DNA from: Naegleria gruberi
Lineage: Eukaryota
Length of the DNA stretch: 64,000 nucleotides
Assembly (NCBI GenBank): GCA_000004985.1
Contig: GG738866.1
Strand: one strand, 5' to 3'
Shown: positions 1-8,300 of the stretch, in pieces
Layout: each line of letters starts with the position of its first letter
How positions within the stretch are numbered: position 1 is the stretch's first letter
Position numbers and translations under genes: made by a program
Notes under the pieces: generated by a model
The model's database searches: none
Told to the model about the DNA's origin: nothing
Seen by the model: only the letters and a program-made list of their open reading frames with translations

Positions 1-18
1 TCTGGTTTATCATTCCAT

Positions 19-1332
19 TCATCGCCCAGTGCATATGAGGAGCCGATTACTTGTCAGTGTGGAGACAATCTTTTGAATGGCAACCTTAATCTCCAAAGTA
101 GCACCATAAGCCCCACATCCCCATCGTCCTGAATTGATTAATTGACCATTGAATTGTGAAAATGCACTGTAGGCTTTTGTTATTTCTCTCATGATACACT
201 TGTTGGATCTTTCATTTAATTCTACTTCAGTATCAAATGGAATAGCATCAATAAAAAGGAGAGTTTGTGGGCTACCAAATGGTTGCAAATAATTCAGAGA
301 TTCATTCAAGGCATTCGATTCTTTCAAGTAAACATGTCTATTAAATGTGAAATCAGTGACATTTTCCAATTGTCTATAAACTCCTTCTACAATCAAACAT
401 TCCTCTGCTTCAATTTCTTTACAAATCATTGAAAATGGAAGCATTTCAGGGTAAATTCCAAAGAATAATTCTTCCTGAGTTGAGTAACTTCCTGGACCAA
501 TCATTTTGTTTGCAAAAACAGTAGAAATTGAAGTTCTTGTGGACATTTGCTCCATTCTTGAAGGTAGAATTTCCATTACTTGCTTTTCAATTAATTTTTC
601 CATATTTTCTTCAACCAATTGTTTCACATTATTAGAATCTACTCGAATTCTCCTCACTGAAATCTTTTCATTCAAAAAATTCGAATAGCTTTCATCCCTT
701 TTAGACAATTCAACTATTCTAAACATTCTCCTCAAATAATTTGCCAATATTTTCAAATAAGTTTCACTCGAAGGAGTCGACTTGTGAGTCCACTCTCTCA
801 AACTCGTCTCAAATCCAACAAACTTTCTTCCACATAATTGTTTCTTTGGATATTGAATTGCTCCAATCAACATACAGGCCACAAGAGTTGCAATTTGCAA
901 TCTGGTCAACTCTACCTTCTGATTAGCTTCTGAACATAGTAAAACTTGCCCATCTGGGAATAATTCAGGAAGAAGCAACACTAAACCTTTCACACAATCC
1001 AATAATTCACCATTACTTTCACACAGTGAATCAAGCGTAGAAACACATGTCTTCATGTATGTTAATTCCAACTCATTCTCATCAAACTTTCGGGAAATTA
1101 CAAAATTTGATGAAGAATTACTAGATTCCCGATAGGAACGTAATAAATCAATTATTTGAGTCAATGAATATGATGTTGAATCATCATTATCAATGCATAG
1201 AGCTTGACAAATGGTCCAAAAAGAAACACTTTCTAATTCTTGGTCTTTTTCTGATAATTTTACAATGCCAGAATTTAAAACTTGATCGATAGGTGAGGTT
1301 GGAAGGATGAGGTAACGTTCTTGTTGTGACAT
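19..1332 (-). CDS. Poly(ADP-ribose) glycohydrolase (PARG), complete 437-aa ORF with ATG at 1332 and TGA stop at 19-21
   Basis: The translation contains the PARG catalytic signature FANKMIGPGSYSTQEELFF (the glycine-rich loop plus QEE) and the C-terminal SGRWGCGAYGATLEIKVAIQ block, which matches the conserved GNWGCGAFGGD segment of PARGs. It is a single uninterrupted ORF. Confidence 0.85.
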   Translation of the reverse strand: MSQQERYLILPTSPIDQVLNSGIVKLSEKDQELESVSFWTICQALCIDNDDSTSYSLTQIIDLLRSYRESSNSSSNFVISRKFDENELELTYMKTCVSTLDSLCESNGELLDCVKGLVLLLPELFPDGQVLLCSEANQKVELTRLQIATLVACMLIGAIQYPKKQLCGRKFVGFETSLREWTHKSTPSSETYLKILANYLRRMFRIVELSKRDESYSNFLNEKISVRRIRVDSNNVKQLVEENMEKLIEKQVMEILPSRMEQMSTRTSISTVFANKMIGPGSYSTQEELFFGIYPEMLPFSMICKEIEAEECLIVEGVYRQLENVTDFTFNRHVYLKESNALNESLNYLQPFGSPQTLLFIDAIPFDTEVELNERSNKCIMREITKAYSAFSQFNGQLINSGRWGCGAYGATLEIKVAIQKIVSTLTSNRLLICTGR

Positions 1333-1616
1333 TTTTTTAATTTTTGTTTACAAAAGAGATTCAATGCTGAATATGAATCTCATTTTGAATGTTACACACT
1401 AGATATTACTAGTTTATGTTTGGCGTTGAATATTATCCTTGTGTGACAATCAAAGGAAATATGAAGTAACACAGAAATTTCCTCCATTTACCCAGCTCTA
1501 CACTCGAGATATAAAAAACTCTAGTGCTACTTTTCAATCCTTTCACTTACAGCTGTACATGGATGCTTTCAGGTTGCCTTAATATGCGTTCATGATAAAA
1601 TCATCCACTAAGAAAA
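1333..1616. promoter_or_regulatory. Divergent intergenic region between the PARG gene (minus strand) and the myosin-like gene (plus strand); presumed bidirectional promoter
   Basis: This is 284 bp of AT-rich non-coding DNA with ATG start codons immediately on either side in opposite orientation. Confidence 0.3.
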
Positions 1617-4600
1617 ATGCTCACAAGCCCTAGAGAAGAATTTGCAGACTCGGGTGATGAAGATGATAAGGACGTTATCGATCAATTTAAAAAGCTGATA
1701 CGGCTTTCTAGGAATTCAAAACAAAATCATAGGAATTTTGCAAAAACTGAAATATCAAACAATATGAATTTTGGAAAGAATAACACTACAAGTGAAAAGG
1801 AAGAAAAAGTCAGTGGTATAGCTAATATGGTGATGAAACGGTTAATGATGGGAAAGTTTGTTACACAAGTCAGGCCTCATTTTCTCTCTGCTGTTCTATA
1901 TTCCGATGAGAGTAGAGAGGACGATTGTTCATCAGTAGCCAATGTATTGTACTCTCGACTCGTTGATTCAATTTCAAAAACTTCTAGGTCGCAAACCATT
2001 GTTCTTAATGGAAAAACAACAAGAAAGAGAGTGAAAACAACATTAACCTTGTTGAACCTTTTATTAGGAGCAAAAGGTAGTGCATCTATTGCTTCCGAAC
2101 AGCTTTCGTTATTTTACAGATTTGGTTCAACTAGTTTGGAACATGGAGAGTACTTGAAACCACTCTTTGCTTTCAATATTGGAATTACATTCAAAACTGA
2201 AAAGGGTTCGTCACAACTATCAGCTCTCGATTTTGATGTGGCTGCTTCTCTTTTCAATAGGTTTGAGATTGAATATTTACTTGAGAAGAAGAGTCCTTAC
2301 CAAACAGCTGTTCAATGTATTGTAGAAAGAATTGAAATATTCAAAGACTTGTTGTGTGCACCTTCAAAAATGTTAGAACCTCTGCTGGGCCAAACTTTTG
2401 TTGAATTGAAATATTTCGCTTTCATTAATAACTTGAAAAAGGAGGTACCAATGTCAGAGTCTAGGTTTTATGATTTTCTCAAGAATATTAAGAGGGCTCT
2501 TTTGTGTTCAACAAGAGAGATTAATACTCTTCTAAGAACGTTATCCATCATACTGCTATTATTGGATTTGGAAGATAACACATCATCTGATGCTTTCAAT
2601 GAGGCTATAAAGTCTGAAATAGAAAGCCATTTGGAAACATTTGACTCTGAGTTACTGGGTCAAATATGTGAAATATTACACATGGAACAATTTGAAGTAT
2701 TGAAAAGTGTTGGAATGATGATAGACAATAAGAGAGAAGAGCTAGGATTTGCGTTTACCAAGTGCACTAGTTTTGTTTGTATTTTGGTTGAATCACTATT
2801 CAGATGGATAGGACAAAAATGTAAAAAAGCATCAAAAGATTTTGTAAATAGTATTGAAATTGATGAGAATCTTGAATGCGAAAATATAGCAGCAGTTCAC
2901 ATTATAAGTTTCCCAGAATTGTCAGCAGAAAAGAACATCATTTATTCCTTTGGAGATTTATGGTGTAATGCCAGTTCTGAGCACGCCTACTCTTGGGCTT
3001 TACAATTTTTGGTAGAGGATATTTCAACAACCCATACAAAGGAAGGATTTGTGACTGATCCTCTTATTGATATTTTAGAAGGTTCTTCAAGCAGAGAAAT
3101 TATTGACTTTTTGTTTGGGAATACTGGTTTATTGTGTTCCTATCCTTCTCTTTCAGATACATCAACTTACCACGACAGAAAGGATGCTATAGATAAGGTT
3201 ATTTTCTTCTTCCGTAATAATTCATATTATGGACTAAGCAGTGTAAATATGGATCAAAATGATGGAAATCACTACATGATTAACCATTCATTTGGAAAAT
3301 TCAAATATGAAGTTGGTTCATTCTTTCCAAAATATATCAATGAAGATGTCCAGCACCAAATATTGAAGGCTGGAATACCAAGTGTTGAAATATCTGATCT
3401 ACACAAGGATTTCCTTCATTCAATGAAGAGTTTATTCTCACCGACTGCCTTGAACTCGGATCCGACTTTTGTAACCTTTTTCCATTTGAAAACCAATACA
3501 TCAACTAATGATTTAATGCAACAAATGATTAATAGCCAAGTTATGACAGTCTCTGATGTATGTGAAAAGTCCTTTGATGTTACTCTTTCGAAGAAATCAT
3601 TCTGGAAAGTTTTTCATCCACTTTCATACAAAAAGTTTTCAAAAGATACCGCTCTTGACCTGGCAGTTTCAAAGATACTTCTCCACTCTATTGGATTTCA
3701 AAAGAGTGGTCAAACACAATTTTATTTTATTGGCAAATCCTCAGTTATGCTTAAAAGAGATACTTACGAAACATTGAGAGCGCACGTTTTTGATGTTATG
3801 AATGAAGCTGCAACAGTTATTCAAAAGTTGTGGAGGCGCTATAAGTTGAAAAAGAAATTGAGGGAATCTATTAAGGAGGCTATTGAAAACAACAGGAAAG
3901 AAATTAAAAAGAAGCCCTCTCCTCAAAAAATTGAAATACCAAATGAAGAAGTGCTGTTTTCAAAGCCAAAGATGGCTGTCAGCACCACTCCTCTAAGCGA
4001 AAAGAAGAAGAAACTTCAAAAGTCATATGCTTATGGATTAGTAAAAAGAAAAGAGGCAATTAAAAAGAGAGCCGCTTCTCCAATGAAGAAACCAAAGCCA
4101 CAAAAGGTAGAAAAGGTGGATATCGACACTCAGGTATCTGTAATTCAAGCATTAATTCGTGGTAAATTGGCAACCAGACATATGTCTAAAAAAGTTGACC
4201 TTAGTTTAAAGATCCAAAGATTGTACAGAGAAAAGAAGAGGAATGATATTGAAAGAGAAATAAGAAAAAGAAAGATTAATGTGATAAAAAAGAGAAACGA
4301 GCAAAAGAAACATGAGATTGAAAAATTGAATGTTGCCGCTAGGAAGATTCAACAAGCATGGGTCAACTATAAGGAAAATTATTTTCAAAAACAACTAATT
4401 GAGGCAGTGATCATAATTCAAAGGGCTTGGAGAGCTTACAAGTTGAAAAGGTCATTGAAAATTCTTCTAAAGATAAGACGAGATGGAGAGAGAAGGAAGA
4501 AAGAATATGAAGAAAGGGAAAGAAGACTGAAAGATAAAGAGATGCAAGTTGTAAGAGAAACCAAAGAATTGGAATATCAAAAACATATACTTGAAGAAAA

Positions 4601-5303
4601 GGAGAAGCTTTTTGTGAAACAGCACATTGTAGATAAAAAGCTGAAGGAAAAGGAAGAGCAGGTATGGAATTCATTACAAGAAATCAGCAATAGTCTGATT
4701 CATTCAAATAGAACTCAACTACCATTAAGCAGCCCTCCTCAACCACCTTCGAAAATTAGCAATCTTCCACTGCTACCTTCAAGTCAGCCAAAAAGACAGT
4801 TGGATGATTCATCAAAAGTTGCAACTAAAATGAGAGAATCATCAGTGAGAACAAAAACCAATATCACAAACGTGTCTAATAACTCAGAAGATAACTCGAG
4901 TTCTAACAAGAAAATTTCATATGCAGACCTGCTAAAAGAAGCCTATGGATCAGCATTCGAATCGAAAATTAAACCAAAACCTCCTTCTCTGAAAAAGGTC
5001 AACAAGACAGAATCAGAAATTGACAAATCAAAGATTGCATCTCCAAGAAAAGTCACTACCAATTCCCAAAACAAGAGTACCATTATTACAAATATTCCAA
5101 CAAGCAGAGTAGTTCCAAAACAACCAATACTTGAGCGTCAAACCCTTAATACTTCAAAATATCACCCTAGTACCATAATAGTTCCAGAAAAAGCAATGAA
5201 ACAGATGATTGAACGTAATGAAAAGAAGTCCAAGAAACCTAATGAAACGTGGAATCAATGGAATTTGCTTGTTCAGGAATTATCTAACGAATTTAATCCC
5301 TAA
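1617..5303 (+). CDS. Myosin-like protein with degenerate motor-domain motifs, three to four IQ motifs, an E/R/K-rich helix and an S/T/P/K-rich tail (1228 aa)
   Basis: The N-terminal ~730 aa are collinear with a myosin head, but the signature motifs are degenerate. SSVANVLYSRLVDSI...QTIVLNGKTTRKRVKTTLTLLNLL replaces PHIFAIAD..AYR...[24 protein letters not shown] (P-loop). SLFNRFEIEYLLEKKSPY..ERIEIFKDLL replaces NSSRFGKFIEI..YLLEKSRV..ERNYHIFYQLL (switch I). LFRWIGQK...SIEIDENLE replaces LFLWLVKKIN...LDIAGFE (switch II). The converter-like TQFYFIGKSSVMLKRDTYETLRAHV is followed by the IQ motifs IQKLWRRYKLKKK, IQALIRGKLATRH and IQRAWRAYKLKR, then an E/R/K-rich stretch (RDGERRKKEYEERERRLKDKEMQ...). 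The myosin consensus was recalled from memory. Confidence 0.75.
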   Translation: MLTSPREEFADSGDEDDKDVIDQFKKLIRLSRNSKQNHRNFAKTEISNNMNFGKNNTTSEKEEKVSGIANMVMKRLMMGKFVTQVRPHFLSAVLYSDESREDDCSSVANVLYSRLVDSISKTSRSQTIVLNGKTTRKRVKTTLTLLNLLLGAKGSASIASEQLSLFYRFGSTSLEHGEYLKPLFAFNIGITFKTEKGSSQLSALDFDVAASLFNRFEIEYLLEKKSPYQTAVQCIVERIEIFKDLLCAPSKMLEPLLGQTFVELKYFAFINNLKKEVPMSESRFYDFLKNIKRALLCSTREINTLLRTLSIILLLLDLEDNTSSDAFNEAIKSEIESHLETFDSELLGQICEILHMEQFEVLKSVGMMIDNKREELGFAFTKCTSFVCILVESLFRWIGQKCKKASKDFVNSIEIDENLECENIAAVHIISFPELSAEKNIIYSFGDLWCNASSEHAYSWALQFLVEDISTTHTKEGFVTDPLIDILEGSSSREIIDFLFGNTGLLCSYPSLSDTSTYHDRKDAIDKVIFFFRNNSYYGLSSVNMDQNDGNHYMINHSFGKFKYEVGSFFPKYINEDVQHQILKAGIPSVEISDLHKDFLHSMKSLFSPTALNSDPTFVTFFHLKTNTSTNDLMQQMINSQVMTVSDVCEKSFDVTLSKKSFWKVFHPLSYKKFSKDTALDLAVSKILLHSIGFQKSGQTQFYFIGKSSVMLKRDTYETLRAHVFDVMNEAATVIQKLWRRYKLKKKLRESIKEAIENNRKEIKKKPSPQKIEIPNEEVLFSKPKMAVSTTPLSEKKKKLQKSYAYGLVKRKEAIKKRAASPMKKPKPQKVEKVDIDTQVSVIQALIRGKLATRHMSKKVDLSLKIQRLYREKKRNDIEREIRKRKINVIKKRNEQKKHEIEKLNVAARKIQQAWVNYKENYFQKQLIEAVIIIQRAWRAYKLKRSLKILLKIRRDGERRKKEYEERERRLKDKEMQVVRETKELEYQKHILEEKEKLFVKQHIVDKKLKEKEEQVWNSLQEISNSLIHSNRTQLPLSSPPQPPSKISNLPLLPSSQPKRQLDDSSKVATKMRESSVRTKTNITNVSNNSEDNSSSNKKISYADLLKEAYGSAFESKIKPKPPSLKKVNKTESEIDKSKIASPRKVTTNSQNKSTIITNIPTSRVVPKQPILERQTLNTSKYHPSTIIVPEKAMKQMIERNEKKSKKPNETWNQWNLLVQELSNEFNP

Positions 5304-5371
5304 TCAACTGTTTAAATTGGATATTAAAATAAAATATTTAAAAAAATAAAAATAAAAAAATCACTATCAAC

Positions 5372-8300
5372 ATGTCGGAGGAAACACCTGTGGAACAACA
5401 AATATCCTCCAATATTGATGATGATCATCATCAGGTGGAAAATACTACCACTAGCATCACTGAGGATACCAACAATGATACATCGACTGTTAATGAACAA
5501 ACAGAAGATGAAACAACAAATATTGTCGAACAAACCTCCGAAGAATCAAAGCAGGAAGAAACAACAATTGAAGAAAATACATCAATAGAAGAAAAACAAT
5601 CTGTTGAATGTAATAACAATGACGATACTATTATTCAACCAACAACAGAAGAATCTACAAAGGTAGAAGAACAAGTAACTTCTCCAACGAGTGAGACCAA
5701 TTTTGATAATGGTGATTGGTTGGATGGTGATTCTTTTGCCACAACCGATGATCATCAACAAGAAACATTGTATAATAACGATCAATCTTCTACTGAAAAT
5801 AGCACACTGCCCGAACAAACAAATCTAGTGAGTGATAGTGTTATTTCTGCTCAATCAACAGATGAACAACAAGAAGCAACAACAACAAACACTGAGGAAC
5901 CAATAGTTGAAGAACAATCATCCGAAAAAGTAATTCCTAATACTTCATCACAGGAAGATTTTGGAGATTATTCAGAGGATGCTTCAGAAGCAATAGTTAT
6001 TGGAGAGACAATGCACGAACACAATTCATCCCAAGATGTAAATAATCAAGTGGAAATACCTTTGGAAGAATCTGTACAAACCAATGAGTCCAACACCTTG
6101 GAAAGTACAAACAAAGTAGAACATTCCGATAGTGTTGTTGAAGAGACTAATAACGAAAATTCAGATGAGGGATTTGCAAATAATGATGATTTTGGTGATT
6201 TCCCAAGCACAGCAACAGCAACCATGGAAACACCAACTATTGAGGAGCCATCAACAATAGTGGAATCTACATCTCAAGAGGGTAGCAACCAAACTTCTAC
6301 TGAGGATAATCTTAATTCGTCTGAACAACCTGCCGAAGATCAACTTGAGGAATCAACCAATCCATCAGAAGAAGGTAATAAGCCAGAAACAACTGTAGAA
6401 ACTGAATTCTCCTCCGTCCAAGAGGAGATGAAGTTTGCAAATGATGAAGATTTTGGAGATTTCCCAACATCGACCGAGGTGGAAACATCCCAACCTGCAC
6501 ATATTAATGAAACAACTGAACCAGTCAGAGAATTTGCAGAAGATGAAGATTTTGGAGATGTTCCAGTATCTACTGTGGTGGAAACATCCCAATCTACACT
6601 CGTAAAGGAAACAATCTCTGAACCTGTACCGGTTCAAGAATTAGCCAAGGATGAAGATTTCCCAACATCTACAGAGGAAACAGCCCAAAAAGAAGAGCAT
6701 GTTAATGACACGAATGAAAAAATAGAATCTGTTGATTCAACAGGCCAAGAAATTGAAATTGTTCAACCAACCACACAAGTTACTGGGTTTGACGATAATG
6801 ATAATTTTGGTGAATTCCCAGAGGTTGCTGAAAATACTCATAAGGTAAAAGGGTTTGGTGATGACGATGATTTTGGCGAATTCCCAACAGAACAACCAAG
6901 TGCACACACTGAAACTGTTATACAGCCAGCAACACAAGAGGAGAAGTTTGTAAATGATGAAGATTTTGGAGATTTCCCTCAACCTACACTCACAAATGAA
7001 ACAATTTCTGAACTAGAATTTGCCAAGGATGAAGATTTTGGAGATTTCCCAACATCAACTGAGGAAACAACCCACGTAAATGAAACAAGTTCTGAACCAG
7101 TTCAAGAATTTGCTCAAGGTGAGGATTTCGGAGATTTCCCAACATCTACTGAGGAAACATCCCACGTAAATGAATCTACTAACCCACCAACAGATGAAAC
7201 AAATGGTGGATTTGCAGAGGATGATGATTTTGGTGATTTTGCTCCAGCAGTTGAATCGACTGAGGCTAATGCAGAGGATGATTTTGGTGATTTTGCTGAA
7301 CCTACAACAGATTCTACTACAGAACAACCAACAACTACAGCAGATCATAATGAAGAAGACTTTGGAGATTTCAATGAGCCTACCCAAGAATCTACTAAGG
7401 AAGATGAAGACGATTTCGGTGGATTTGGGGAAGCAAAGGAGGAGGAAGAAGAACCTGTTGCTAAACCAGTTGAGATCAATTATGCAGATCTTCTTAAGGA
7501 TCAAAAACATGTTATTGATTCTATTCTTTCAATTGACCAGATCAAAAACGAGGACGAATTTTCCAAAGTTAAACAATCTGTTCACAATTTAGTTAGTATG
7601 CTTATACCAACTGAACTTGCAGGAAATCCAGAGAGAACTGACATTACTGGAGAATCTGGAAATACTCTAGAAAAACTATTCAATATGAATTCCAATCACA
7701 ATGCAGATATTTTAAGCAAAATGTCTGTTTGGCAAAATAGTTGTGTGGAAAAACACTTTTTACTCTCACTAGGAATGGAAAAAAAGAAGAATAAGAAGCT
7801 TAACAAACCACTCAGAAAAGCACTTCACAGAAGAACAGCTTCCACAACCTACTCGACACCAATTTCTGGAGATACCCCTCAAAAACCAAAGATTGATACT
7901 CCAAATGTAGATCAAAGAATGAAGATTGATGAAATTGGTAACATTTCTCAAAGAATGCTAGGAGCAAGACATAGAAGAGTTGGTTCCACTGTGACTGACC
8001 TTCATCTTTCTCCAAGAACTGTTCCATTAGGTGTAAACACAATGGAACAGGCTGTTTCACCAACCGCTACAAGTCCACTCCCAACTACTCCTGTATCTAC
8101 CAATAAGTTTACTGGAAACGTTCCATCACCAAGTTTATCGGCTCAACACACTGATGATCTCATCAATTCTTACACTCCATCTATCAATACGCCTTCCTCA
8201 AGTAAGCCAAAGAATGCTGAATTGGATGATATTGCAGCTTTAGTATTTGGTTCTGGATTTGCCTCTCCAACAAAGGAGATACCAAAGACAGAAGTCAAGG

